Below are positions 10,621 to 22,498 of a DNA stretch of 64,000 bases, in pieces (position 1 is the stretch's first letter; every line of letters begins with the position of its first letter). This DNA comes from Vezdaea acicularis. Its lineage: Eukaryota. Below the pieces are notes generated by a model. That model saw nothing but the letters and a program-made list of their open reading frames with translations. It ran no database searches and was not told where the DNA came from. Both the position numbers and the translations under genes were made by a program. The stretch spans positions 1-64,000 of the forward strand of contig JAPEUI010000081.1 in the NCBI GenBank assembly GCA_026025075.1, given 5' to 3'.

Positions 10621-12986
10621 GGGGAACGGGTCCAAAGGTGAGTAACTAGGAAGTACGGGCCCACTCCACGCTGCCAGTCGCGATCATGAAGTTCGTGTCA
10701 AAGGGCCAGATGAGCGTTTGTTGACAGGAGAGAGAAGGGGGGTGGGGCTTATGGGAGGTTTAGTCGGGTCGAATCGAGCCTGGGTTGACTTTCTCTCCGG
10801 CGCCTCGCTTCGCAGTTTGCAGCCTTGGATTTGGATTCGTTCGTGGCTGACCGGGGAGGAAGTGATCCGCTCGGAGCTCCAGACGCGGTCGAGATCTTCG
10901 TAGTGCACGCTGCCTGCACGTCGGGCATAAAAGCGAAAGAGAGAGAGAGTGTGTGTGTGTAAGATCTAGACGACGTTCTTTGTGTCGAGGTACGAGGCGA
11001 CTCCTGTCCGGCCGATGAAGCTGCAGAATGAGCGTTCGGGTGGGCGAGGAGGCTACGGCGGACGAGGAGCAGGACTGGGCAGGGCAGGGCAGGGCCGAGC
11101 GACGAAGCGGCCCGTCGGCTCCAGCAGAACGTGGGCGGATGACGTAGGCGGCCGGTCAGGGTCTCAGCAGCCCCCGGAATGAGGCGCTGGAGAAGGCGGA
11201 GGACAAGCTGCTCGATCTCACTCGAACGGTGCAGGAGGGAAGGAAAGGGGAAAGGAAAGGGGACAGCAGAGAGCGACGAACAAAGCGAAGAAAAAGAAGG
11301 CAGCGGATTGCGACGATGGCACAACGTGCGACTTTGCTCATCGGTCGTCCGTGGGGATGGGGGGGGAGAATCGGGTTGCGTCTCCAGCGGCGTCGCTAAG
11401 ACCGTCCAGGGCAGCCGGATTGCCGATCCGTGGACAGCAGAACAAGCTGTGACCAGACGCCGCGACGTCCGCCAGCTACAGTACGTATCACCGCGACCAG
11501 ATGCGGTCACTGCTTCAATTGAGGCTATTCCTGGGGTGAGAGACCCTTCGCCCATGTTCGCAGTTCACGAAGCGTGTTTGCCGCCGCCTAAGTCGCCTGC
11601 TGCAATCGCTCAGGACAGAAGACAAGAAGAAGCCCGGGACAACAGCCTGTGGCTTGTGGGCTTGCCCGCACCAGGCCAAATCGACGATCGTCGAGCGACG
11701 TGGCTTGGGCACCCAGACGCCAATTGTGCCCGACTCAGCAAACGCCCTCGACCGCGAGCGAACACGCCGGATCGTCACATCAGCATCTCCAATCGCCATG
11801 GTCGCGCACTGAGCTGACACGATGAGAGTTCGCGGACAGACGCCTATCCCTCCAGGTCCGAGAAACAGACGGAAATATTCACACGGGCCCCCCTCGAACC
11901 GCCGGGCCCCCTTTGCCTCCCCCACACGGACCTCCCGCCCACCGGCCAATCGAAACGGCGCTCGTCCATCCGACGGAGACTCTTCCGAGGTCATACAAGC
12001 CCGTCCGAATGAACTACCTGTACGCAGCGCATCGGCGATAAGATGAAACGGAGAGGATGCGGCGGCTGCGCGACTGTAACACCCAGGCGAGCTGCCGACG
12101 GTCGAAGAAAGGGGCCCAGAACGGGAGTGGTGGTGGGCTGCCGACGTCACTACCCCGTCAGGCGTGATAAAGATCCCACGTCAAATACAACCTCAATATG
12201 GGCACTATGGCAGCCCGACGTGTATTGCATTTGGGGCATGATTCTTTTGATATCGATTGAACACGTGCGCTGGGCCTCCTTTTGCTGATCACCTGAGCCC
12301 TGCGAGGAATCGTTGGGTGGTGGTGGTGGAGTCGGCCGTCGATTACGGTGCAGGCGATCGGCACGCGGCCGCTGTAGATGCGTCGTCCCGAGATCATCTT
12401 CATGCACTTTCTGCTGTATTTGGAACTTCAATGTGCGTGTCTTCTGTTGAGCTTTGATGCCCTGTTTCGACATCGAAGGGGGGTTGCTGCTTTGCTGTCT
12501 TGATAGAAGACTTTCTCGGTTGGCGGCGTGACTGAAGGAGCGTTGACTATTCTGTGACGAGCGGACGTCTCCCTTCAACCGCCTGGTCAAATATTGCAAA
12601 CCTTCCCCCTCGCCAATTGAGCAGTCATCTTGTATATAAGGTTTGTAGACTATTTCCAATGATATATGATTTCTTGTAGCAACCATTGTTGCCATCTAGG
12701 CCTGCCTAGCTCAGTCATTCAGTTTTAACTTGCTTTTTTCGAGAACTCCGTCAATGTGTCATGGACTCCATGACTATCTGAATCACCGCCACGTCGTTGC
12801 TTGTTTGTGATCTACGGCGCAAACAATTGACTTCCTAAATGCATAGTGGCCCTCTGATCTCCGCTTTGACTAGAGTGGTGATGGGCAATTACCCCACCCC
12901 ACCGTAACATCTGTATATCACCCAGTAATCTATTGGGTGCCGTCACACGCCCCATATATCAAACGGCAACCAGCTGGCAAACCGCC

Positions 12987-14237
12987 ATGCCTCAACTGTA
13001 AGCCGCACACCCCCTATCCCCCCCACCACATGCCCCTTCACACTAACACCTCCCAGCCCAACCAAAATCCGCGTCGACATCCGCGACCACTACGACCCCG
13101 CCGACTCGGCCGTGCAGAAGGCAATCACAGCCCTGACGAACATCGTCGGCTACCCGGTCTCGATCGAGCTCGAATGGGCGATGCTCTGGGCGGAGCTGGA
13201 GCAGCTGTACCCGGACAAGGCCACCTTCGTGCCCACCGTCGCCGGCGTCCTTCAGTCCTGGTGCAACGCCCTCTCCACCCGCCTCCTCGACGACCGCTTC
13301 CCCAAGTGGACCGAGGAGCTGCTGGATAAGCTCTCGCCGAGCCGTCAGATCAAGGTGTACGTCCAGGTAAGCCTCATCCAGCACTGTACCACCCTACCCT
13401 CCCCAGAATCTACATCTACATCCATACCAACCCTGCCCTCCACCTACGGACATAGGTCTCCAACACCCCCCGCCCCAGCACAACCTGGGAGACCAAAACC
13501 TCATCATTTACTCTCAACCTCCCCAAATCCAGCACCACCTCCCCCGCCCGCGCCATCTCCGGCTTCGAAACCGACCTCGAAACGATCTTCGCCCCCAAAA
13601 CCGTCACCTTCGCCGGCACCACCTCCTCCATCCACTCACTCGCCCAAGACGACGAATGGGCCGACATCGGCGTCAGCAGCAGCGGTAGCGGGATTGGCGC
13701 ATCAGATACCGCACCACACAGCACTTCTGTAGCAGAGGGCAGCACTACTGCTCCCGCACCGCCAAAACTAGACGTCCTACCCACCCTTTCCACGCTCCCA
13801 CGCCCGGACATCCTCTTCCGCGACTCCCCCCCCTACCTCCTGCACATCACCTCATCCGGCGCGCAAAACCTCACCATCTGGGGCTCTCACCAGCCCAGCC
13901 TCGAGCTCCTCGCCGAATATTTCCAGAAATGGGCTCGTATGAACCCGAACGATGTCCGCAAAGTACATTCTCCCCTTCCTTCCCTCATCGCCCCTTTTCA
14001 CCGCATTTCTAATCGTATAGATAGAACCCCCGCCTCAGCGTTACCCTCGCCGAGTCCCATTTCGGGCTGGGTAGTAGTCGCGACTGCGTCCGTATCGCGG
14101 CTGATGATCGCAGTGCTTGGATCGAGGTTAATCCCGCGGCGATCTGTGCGTTTGTTGAGGCGGTGCTCGGGTATAGACAGACGTTTGCGAGTGGCGCGTC
14201 GTGGGAGTATAGGAGGGATGTCGGGTTTAGGGTGTGA
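12987..14237 (+). CDS. Uncharacterised fungal protein (about 4 exons)
   Basis: ATG CCT CAA CT then gtaagc donor; coding-like exons ...IRVDIRDHYDPADSAVQKAITALTNIVGYPVSIELEW...WTEELLDKL...; GSHQPSLELLAEYFQKW; ends WEYRRDVGFRV*. Strong C/G third-position bias. Confidence 0.7.
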
Positions 14238-14545
14238 GGTTTAGGGTGTGTGGATGAGGGGGGGGAAAGAGAGAGGGTGGAGCTGGGGGGGGGGGTGGGG
14301 TTTGGGTTGTTGAGCGGGGGTTATAAGTGGATTCAGGGGGGAATTTGCTGCCTAGTTTTGGACAGTTCTCCGCAAAGCTCATGGCTATTCCGAAACGTGT
14401 ATTTCATACAAACAGATTTCTGGTATAGCGCTAGAACCCCCACATATATCTCCAGACCACCCTTCCTCTCCATGCACCCTACCTCGTCCGGGGGTCATCC
14501 CAATCCAACGCAAGAACCACCCGACGAACCTCACGACCCAGGCGC

Positions 14546-16255
14546 TCAACCCTCAAGCTCCCTCGTGCCCTCCAACCGGCGTCGAAAACGCTCATACTCC
14601 TTATCCCTCAAAACGCCCCTACCGAGCTCCAAGCGCTCGACACCGAGCCTGATATTCTCGATATGAACCTCAAGCGGAACTTCAGAGAGGCCGAGATCAG
14701 CCAACAAGGCCGGGGCGCCGATACGCTCCCTTAGATCTTCAAGACCGGCCGCCATTTCCTGCAGCTTGAGCATGGTGGCGGTGACGCGGGCGTGGGCGGT
14801 GCGGCGGGTCGCGCTGATATCCCTGAGGAGGCCGAGCTGGCGCGCGAATTTCTGGAGTTGGCCGCGATTTCCGCCGAGGAGGGTCCAGAGCTGGCAGAGG
14901 ACATCGTCGCGGGAGTTCTCGATGTGGGCGCCGTCGCGCTGGACGATGCCGTTGATGATGTCCATGCGGTCTTCGAGGGCGTTCAGGAGACCGAGGAGGG
15001 TCTGCGCTTCGTCGATGAGGCGCGAGATTTCGGACTCGAGGACGCGGGCGTGGGCGATGTATTGGTGGAGGAGGACGGAGGGGGTCATGGGGAGGGGTGT
15101 GAAGGGGGCGAGGAGGTTGGTGGAGAGGCGCGAGAGGAGGCCGGTGGTGGGGGGAAGGGTCAGCCCGTCGAGGACGCGGGCCGTCCATCGGGTGGTGGAG
15201 AGGATGGCGTCGACGGCGCGGCCAGTGTGCGATATGAATCGCTGCAGGTCCACGGAGGCTAGCTGCGCAGTTTCGATGAAGATGGAGAATTCGTGGACGA
15301 GTTCGTTTCTGTAGAGAGAGGGATGATTAGTGGGATGCTCTGCTCTCGAAACGGGGGGCCAAGTGAAAGGAGAGGTTCGCCCTAGAGGAAGAGAAGGCTT
15401 GATGTGGAGAAGGCTGCTAGGGGAAGCTCACTTTGAGTGAAGACTGCTGTACCGCACCAACTGTCGCAGGTCACGGATCGAAGCCTCTCCTCTCTTCATG
15501 TCCTGCGGAAGAGAGACAGCCCCAGCGCTCTCCTCAAGTACGTCCTCGAATTGGGACTGGACTGTGATGAGCTGCTCGAACTCGACTGGCGTGAGGGGGG
15601 CGCCGAATTTGTCGGAGCCCGCGTTGCCCTGTGGGCAGAAGGGAAGATTGAGGAACGAAGTGCCTGGTATGCGGCATATCGGTGATAGAGAGGCATAGAC
15701 GGAGTTAGTTAGGAGGTTACGGAAGATGAGACTGAAGCCGAAAAGGAGATAAATCCCCAGCGCCAATCCGAGGGGCTTCTTCACGACCCAGGCGGCGCCG
15801 CCGAGTATGTCGACGATCCAGGTTGTTATTGAGCCTACAAGTCTCATTGACGAGTCTCGGAAAGAATCAAAGTATTGTGTCGAAGGGCCTTGCCGTCTTT
15901 GCTCGGTAGCTGTCTTGGTAGGGCGCTTGCTCCGTGTCTGGCCGCTTGCATCGCCTGCTTTATGACGTTTTACGAGACGACTTTGCGGTGGACCAAAGCC
16001 TTCGGGAGCAGATGGGATCTTAGCCCGGGGGGTGCGAGTAGGTCCTTTGGTATCGATCCATGACCCATCTACAATGTCGCCGGCCATAGAAGGCATGATG
16101 AACTCGGGCTCAGTCGATTTTGTTGGTGTACGCGCTACTGGTTCCGACGATGTCTGATCATTAACGGAGCTCGAGTCTTCAGTGTCGTCTCCCTCAACTA
16201 CCCACGAGTCTCCTAACTTGGGCGTCTCGGGTCTTCCAGGTCCTTGCTGCATCTT
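14546..16255 (-). CDS. Uncharacterised membrane-anchored helical/coiled-coil protein (2 exons; start uncertain)
   Basis: Two long ORFs (15428-16297 and 14546-15253) joined by an intron at about 15431-15311. Hydrophobic segment KPLGLALGIYLLFGFSLIF and motif SLSPICRIPG...LPFC. Confidence 0.75.
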
Positions 16256-16850
16256 TCCCGAGACCTCTTGCTTGTCTTTCAGCCGCCTTGGGACCAAAGC
16301 AGGCTGATCTTTCTGCTCGCTGAATGGTGCTGCGAGCTTTGCGTAACGTAGATGATTTTGTATGGACTCGAGTCCCTAACGAGTCTATTGCAAGAATGGA
16401 TAGAAGACGTTCACACTTGTGCGTAGAGTCGGATAAGGGGGCTTGAGGATGAGAAGGACTGTCACTATGCGCTAGTGGTGAGTTGTTGTGGAATATATAT
16501 TGCTTTTGTCACCACACTTTGATAGGAATGTTTTATGACCGTCTAGTAAGAGGGTCTTAGATATGGTAAGATGGCATTTAGGTTGTTAGAGGGCTGTCGA
16601 TTCTTTGGGGCACGCTGGTCGTCCGTCTGAATGACACCGCAACAATTGCAAGAACATGGTTGTCTACTGCCCCACATAAGCTTTAAGTCGATGCAGCCAA
16701 GGCCATCTCGTTATGTGGTCTCGGATAAACACTTATCCCTAGCGCCGAGGAGCTCTGCCAAATGTTTTCCTGCTGGAAAGATTAGTCTTTAACATCTCCT
16801 CTTGATCGCGCATTAGCTGTACTTCAATCACATCCCTCTCTTGTAAGAGG

Positions 16851-18377
16851 ATGGTACGGGTGTCTTGTCTGCGCCCCAGCTTTCTGCGTGCCTCTCGGAA
16901 TCGCGCAAGATGGGTGCAGCCACTAGCACATCGCCCCTGGTCCTCCTCTACTGCAACTGCTACCAGTCCAGACAGCCTGGGTGCAGACTCCCCTACTCCG
17001 ACCAAGCCAGATCATCGTAAACTAGCATCCCAACAGCAGCTTTATATCACATCTAAATATACACCTGGATCGCCCATGTTCCTCCCCCATGGCACGAGAA
17101 TATTTAACAAGATAGTTAACTACTTACGTTCTCAATATCTAAAGTATGGATTCGACGAAGTCATCACGCCAACTATATATAAAAAGTCGCTATGGGAGAA
17201 GTCTGGTCATTGGGAGAATTACAAAGACGACATGTACGAGGTGAAGGGGAGAGGAGCCTCCGGTATCAAAGAAGGAGTACAAATCGGGGAAGACGAGCAA
17301 TATGGGCTTAAACCGATGAATTGCCCCGGACATTGTCTGATGTTCCAAGCGCAGAACGTAAGCTACAGAGAGCTTCCCGTTCGATATGCAGACTTTAGCC
17401 CACTGCACAGGAATGAGGTTTCTGGAGCGTTAAGTGGATTGACTCGAGTCAGAAAGTTCCACCAAGATGATGGCCACATCTTCTGCAGAGCGTCGCAAAT
17501 ACAGACAGAGATCGTGTACACGTTACAATTCCTCAAGGAGGTACTTAAAAAATTCAATCTCGCCAACTACGATCTAGTCCTATCGACTCGACCAATGGAA
17601 GAGTATATTGGCATGATCGAAGAATGGGATAGAGCGGAAGAGGCGTTGAGAACTGCTCTCGATAAGAACAGAGAGCCGTGGTCCGTAAGTGAAGGAGATG
17701 GTGCTTTCTATGGCCCAAAAATCGACGTGATACTCAAGGACCCCAGCGGCAAACGCCACCAAACGGGCACGATACAACTCGATTTTCAGCTACCACAAAG
17801 GTTTGGCCTTCAATATGAGATTCCCATCCTTGACCCTGAGACTGGTCGCCTACTTCATCACGAGGTTGCGAGGCCAGTTCTCATACACCGTGCGCTCATC
17901 GGTTCTATCGAAAGATTTCTGGCTCTGTTGATTGAGAACTATGATGGTCGCTGGCCACTCTGGCTTGCGCCGCGACCATTGATATTTATCCCAGTCAACA
18001 ATTCGCCCTCCGTCCTCGATCTCATCAACAGCACCATCTCTACAAAGAAACTTCAGGAATCGTTCGAAGGACAGGTAAAAATCGATAGCAGCCAGCGATC
18101 TTTGCCAAAGCGAATATCGGATGCCAAGATCAGCCACTATGCAATCATCGCGATCGTGGGTGATAGAGAAGCAAAACGTGGGACCTTCTCTATCGACGTC
18201 ACTGGCCTTTCAGCGGATGAGCAAAAGGCAGCTCGGGAATGGCTGTGGGACCGCCAAGAGAAAGCTGCTCTTGAGAGCGAGCAATTGGTAAAACCGTGTT
18301 ACACAAGACAAGACTGGCGATCGATAGAAGTTACTGCTGATGAGCTAGCAGGGCTCTTAGGACACCTTGGACATTGA
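16851..18377 (+). CDS. MST1: Mitochondrial threonyl-tRNA synthetase
   Basis: Arg-rich presequence; class II ThrRS motifs LWEKSGHWENY, LKPMNCPGHC, LHRNEVSGALSGLTRVRKFHQDDGHIFC, GAFYGPKID, TIQLDFQLP, IHRALIGSIERF. No N-terminal editing domain. Confidence 0.95.
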   Translation: MVRVSCLRPSFLRASRNRARWVQPLAHRPWSSSTATATSPDSLGADSPTPTKPDHRKLASQQQLYITSKYTPGSPMFLPHGTRIFNKIVNYLRSQYLKYGFDEVITPTIYKKSLWEKSGHWENYKDDMYEVKGRGASGIKEGVQIGEDEQYGLKPMNCPGHCLMFQAQNVSYRELPVRYADFSPLHRNEVSGALSGLTRVRKFHQDDGHIFCRASQIQTEIVYTLQFLKEVLKKFNLANYDLVLSTRPMEEYIGMIEEWDRAEEALRTALDKNREPWSVSEGDGAFYGPKIDVILKDPSGKRHQTGTIQLDFQLPQRFGLQYEIPILDPETGRLLHHEVARPVLIHRALIGSIERFLALLIENYDGRWPLWLAPRPLIFIPVNNSPSVLDLINSTISTKKLQESFEGQVKIDSSQRSLPKRISDAKISHYAIIAIVGDREAKRGTFSIDVTGLSADEQKAAREWLWDRQEKAALESEQLVKPCYTRQDWRSIEVTADELAGLLGHLGH

Positions 18378-18593
18378 GGTAGAAGGCAAATATGTAATTC
18401 TCCTCCCGCCAGACACAATCGCTATTGCAATTCCTCTCAATCAAGAAGCTCTTTATTAAAGGTCAAATATTTTTTTCCGAAATATGCCAGTCCCCAAGAA
18501 AGTAAAGTACATACTATTTCGAATGGGAAAATTTTCGAGACTAGCAGGAAGCATTTGCCTGACCCATCCGCCTTAGTACCACACACAATAGGT

Positions 18594-19238
18594 CTATGGA
18601 TATAGGGATGCTTGCAAAGGGGGCACCAGGCTCTCAGCCCTACGGCCGAACCCTTCTCCATAGCCACAACTTGCTCCCCGGCAGCGACGCCTTGACCCTG
18701 ATATGGAGCATTCGTTTGGAAAAAGATACTTGTTCCGCTGGAATGTTGTCTCTTGGTACGCGTCTTTCGATGTTGAGGCCCTGTTACAACCGTTTTCGTC
18801 GATAGGTCGTGAACGTTGACGTCGCTGTTTATTTATCTCCTCCATGATGAATGGTTTCCAAACCTTGAACTCTATAAAGAGAGAGCTTAACTGGTCATAA
18901 TCATCTTTATGATTGCCTGTGCCTACACATCTGCAATTCATCCTGCAGTATTCTTCTCCGGATGGATACATTCTATGCAGTTCTCTACTCTCAGCGTCTT
19001 GCGCAACACAGCGAACGCCGAGGAGATCCGTGCAGAAACAGTCGAATGACGGGCTAGTCCCAGCGGGGCCACAGAGGTGGAATGGTCGATTGATCAGGGG
19101 ACTAACGCCCGCCACAAGCTCGGCACCTGCGATTATGCCATCATTGTTCGGGCCGGGACAAATGAGCTGATTCTTAGTGGTGGCAAAGGTTACGCCAATG
19201 AGAACGAAGGCGAGAAGTGCGCGGGCTCCGTCCATCAT
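18594..19238 (-). CDS. Secreted cysteine-rich protein, 8-Cys family member A
   Basis: Signal-like MMDGARALLAFVLIGVTFA, then C..C..CFC..C..CRMNCRC. Confidence 0.7.
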   Translation of the reverse strand: MMDGARALLAFVLIGVTFATTKNQLICPGPNNDGIIAGAELVAGVSPLINRPFHLCGPAGTSPSFDCFCTDLLGVRCVAQDAESRELHRMYPSGEEYCRMNCRCVGTGNHKDDYDQLSSLFIEFKVWKPFIMEEINKQRRQRSRPIDENGCNRASTSKDAYQETTFQRNKYLFPNECSISGSRRRCRGASCGYGEGFGRRAESLVPPLQASLYP

Positions 19239-20626
19239 GTTCAAGTGTCAACGCGAGGGATGAATGGAAAGAAAAAGGGTACTCAGGTGCAGTCATCGTT
19301 AAACATAGGTAGCTTCATCCTATAAATGCGAACTTCTGATAGACCCAGTATTCGAAGACGGTGCTCACGAACCAAAGTCGTATCCTGTTTCTCCTCAACT
19401 ATGAAAATGTGGTTGAGAAGAATACAAATAGGATCGGTTGCGGCATAACTTCTGTTCAAAAAAACCGCTGGAGGCAAGTAGTAGATATCCCGCAACAATC
19501 GAGGTTGGGATATCTCAACGTCCGCATCGGGTAACAGAACCTCATCCTTCGTCCGAATACGTACTAGTCCCGTTTCAGGGGATGCAATGCACCCCGTGGA
19601 ATCCTCCTGTTTTGGCCAAGTTCCTGAGGCTAACGCCATTTAAGGCGTGTGAGCTACTCAATGTATGGTTTGCGGTTGAGATGACTACTCCAGTGGCTGC
19701 GTCGCTACTGATGAGAAACGAAGAGCATGTGAGAGGCGCCCTTCCTTTTTCTTAGCTCGCTGCGCTATCCCTAACACCTGAGCAACAAGCTGTGTAATGC
19801 TAAACACGGATTGTTGGGTGGATCGCGCTCCTTCTCGGTAAAAATGTTGTGAATTATTTTTTCGCGGAGAAAGCGCTGAGTTCACTCACATCGATCTTCT
19901 TTTGACGGCTTCTGTCCTTGTCCGCGCCCCAGTCCCTGGGTTTCTGACGATATAATGAGCCTCCAGGGTACGAGAGTAAATCTAGGAACGGGCCGGCCCT
20001 AGCGGTTCCAGGCATGCATTTGCCAAGGCTGCTTCAGCCTTACCCGGGTTCAGACTGGGAGAATGAATGGTTTCCATGTGCGGAAGTAATATTTAGACCT
20101 CTGGCATTTCCCATCATCAATAGCGCTTGCTATGGACTACACACTGATGTCCGATCTTTGCTGACAAGCACGGCCCTACTAACACGCGACTAATTTACAC
20201 CAAACGACCTTATCGGCTCTTTTTGCCCTTCTTACTCCAGATCTAGCGGGAATCCTGGACTGAGTGCAAGGGAGCTTATCTGGAACTCAGGGTCCTCTGT
20301 CGGAGCCATGTAGGCGCGTGCATCGCTTCCTATTGGGATCTTCCCCCACGTTTCAAGGGGACTGTTGCGTCAGCGCAGAGCCATGGAAGAAAAAAATTTG
20401 CCAAACAGCACTCTGGAAAGCTCTGCGGCATTTTGGGATTGAAGAATGGGATTCCATATCTCTGTTAGGTGCTGAGCCTCGGAAGAGAACTGGCTTGGTA
20501 GAATGAACATATATCACGAATGTCTCAACCGGTCTTCTCATGCAATAACACGGAAAACGCTGCTCGGTGGCAACACCTCCCAGCTTTCCACCCACCACCA
20601 ACACCCCACCTTTTCGGTAGCTCGCC

Positions 20627-21268
20627 ATGTACCTCCTACGCTATGCGACGACCTCCCTTCTCCTACTCACCCTCTCCCTAGGCTGGAAGCTCTCATGCCC
20701 TGACTCACCCACCACCATCTTCTCCCTCCCCTCGCCCTACACGCAACTCTACCAGCTCTGCGCCTTACAAGCCAAATCGTTATTCCTGCCGACGCTAGGC
20801 TGTTCGTGCGGGCAGGACGGGGAGCCCTACTGCGTCCCCGTCGATCGGTTCGACATGGCGCTGCGCCGGGATTACCCCGGATTGGTCGAGCTCTGCATCT
20901 CTACCTGCCATTGTCTACCCCCGTATGAGCCGCCACCGGGCTCACAAGGCCAAGGGCAGGGTGAGCGGCAGAGTGAGAGTTCCGAGGAGGATACACCGTT
21001 GATGGGCTTGGACGACTACCTCACCGCGCAGGAGCACCTCATTACGAGGCAGGCGCTCCAGAACATTCGGTACCGAAAGTCGATGCCCGCGTACCCGAGA
21101 AGGAGGAATGATGGGAAGCCCAATGGTCCGGGCATGCGGGCTCACAGGTCTCTGGAGAGCTGCTCCTCCGATTCACCAATACCACGGGGCGGGCTAAGTA
21201 GATTGAAGATTGGTGGGCTGATGCGCGCGAGTTGCTTAGACCCTTCTGCAAGGCTCAGGAAAAGGTGA
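20627..21268 (+). CDS. Secreted cysteine-rich protein, 8-Cys family member B
   Basis: Signal-like MYLLRYATTSLLLLTLSLG, then C..C..CSC..C..CISTCHC. The 3' end is uncertain. Confidence 0.72.
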   Translation: MYLLRYATTSLLLLTLSLGWKLSCPDSPTTIFSLPSPYTQLYQLCALQAKSLFLPTLGCSCGQDGEPYCVPVDRFDMALRRDYPGLVELCISTCHCLPPYEPPPGSQGQGQGERQSESSEEDTPLMGLDDYLTAQEHLITRQALQNIRYRKSMPAYPRRRNDGKPNGPGMRAHRSLESCSSDSPIPRGGLSRLKIGGLMRASCLDPSARLRKR

Positions 21269-21739
21269 ATGGAGCGTGCGGGGGTACTGTCAGATGTAAG
21301 GTTTGGGGGAAGTAACCTTCTACGCTGAGGGGTCATCTGGAAGAGGGGAAATGGAAAGGCCTAAGGAGAGGGGGAGCAAGCCTTTGGCTTGGGATATATA
21401 GAGCTAGTCTCCTCATTTATTGGACTAGGTGGATCTCTCTTGTGTCTAGTACAGGCCGAGCCCTCTTCAAGAAGGACTTACAATATTGCTAGTACATAGT
21501 GTCTAGACTTCAGCGCCTTAGCTGCTCATTGTCCCCAAATAGGGGCTTACTACGAATAAGATGGTCGAGGGTAGTGTCGTGGAGTCGGGAGTAGCAGCGC
21601 AGCTGCCTACATACGTCGTTAGAAGGCTTACAATTTTTGTCCTGAAAAAAGCACAGATGGCTTCAGCAGCGTCCAAGCCTGATGAAACCTATCGTATATT
21701 ATGACTTCTCGAATCATATTCCGCGAGTAATCGCCTATG

Positions 21740-22498
21740 TTAGCTAACCCATACCAGACCATCTTGTGCCCCGCAGCATGTAGTCGATACGTAAGTTGAA
21801 TTGCATAGACAGGGCTTAGCCTCGGACTCGTCCCTTTTCCAATGGGACGAGCCGGCACATATGCCTACAAATGTAGGCAGCCCGATGTCTCCTGTCTTGC
21901 TTCCTACTACATGGCATTCGACGCCTCTGCAGTCATTCCGCCTCCTGGGCTTTTCACAGTCGCTGTAGGAGGAGCAGCTCCTAAAATTGCAATTCCTTGT
22001 GCTCCGTGGAAGACCTTCGGGTTTACTGCTGACTGCCTCCCAATGGTTGAAGTCCGCTATCGCCTCGTCAATAACATCGATGCTAGAACTCCATTCCTCT
22101 TCCATTGCCTTTTCCCTATCCCTCCCCCGACTGTGGGAATTCATCGGTGTTTTTATCCAAAGGTCAAACTCGTCTTCCGTAGGCTTGACGCAGCGACATA
22201 GGCGCATACAAGGTTCGACCAAATGGCGGTTTTCAGCAAAGTAATCTGCAGCCTCCGGAAGGCACACTACCACCCCTGAAATAATGCATCTACAGCCTAG
22301 ATTCTTTCCTGTCGTCGAATAGTGTGGGCAGATGCCTGCAAGGCTCCAGTGTGGCGGTGGAATGGACACGTCAGGTATAGGCGAAGTGGGACAAACGACT
22401 TTGTACTCGAAAGCGATGGCACCTGGAAGCCACCTAAAGGTCAGGATTAAGGCGAGCAGCAAAAGTTTGGCCGGATTCGGAAGCTGGTAAAGAATCAT
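21740..22498 (-). CDS. Secreted cysteine-rich protein, 8-Cys family member C (three Cys modules plus KR site)
   Basis: Signal-like LLLLALILTFRWLPGAIA; 8-Cys module, 6-Cys module, then WKR followed by PCLCNSTYVSTTCCGAQDGLVW. Confidence 0.8.
   Translation of the reverse strand: MILYQLPNPAKLLLLALILTFRWLPGAIAFEYKVVCPTSPIPDVSIPPPHWSLAGICPHYSTTGKNLGCRCIISGVVVCLPEAADYFAENRHLVEPCMRLCRCVKPTEDEFDLWIKTPMNSHSRGRDREKAMEEEWSSSIDVIDEAIADFNHWEAVSSKPEGLPRSTRNCNFRSCSSYSDCEKPRRRNDCRGVECHVVGSKTGDIGLPTFVGICAGSSHWKRDESEAKPCLCNSTYVSTTCCGAQDGLVWVS

Noticed and set aside
10749..12150. Overlapping 200-270 aa ORFs on both strands upstream of NIK1
   Set aside because: Arg/Ser/Pro-rich, no domain, and expected in GC-rich stop-poor DNA.
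19283..19755. ORFs of 105-118 aa between family members A and B
   Set aside because: No signal peptide, Cys pattern or recognisable domain; probably promoter sequence.
18594..22498. 8-Cys proteins as hydrophobins or CFEM proteins
   Set aside because: The spacing has two CxC motifs and no CC doublets in the module, matching neither family.
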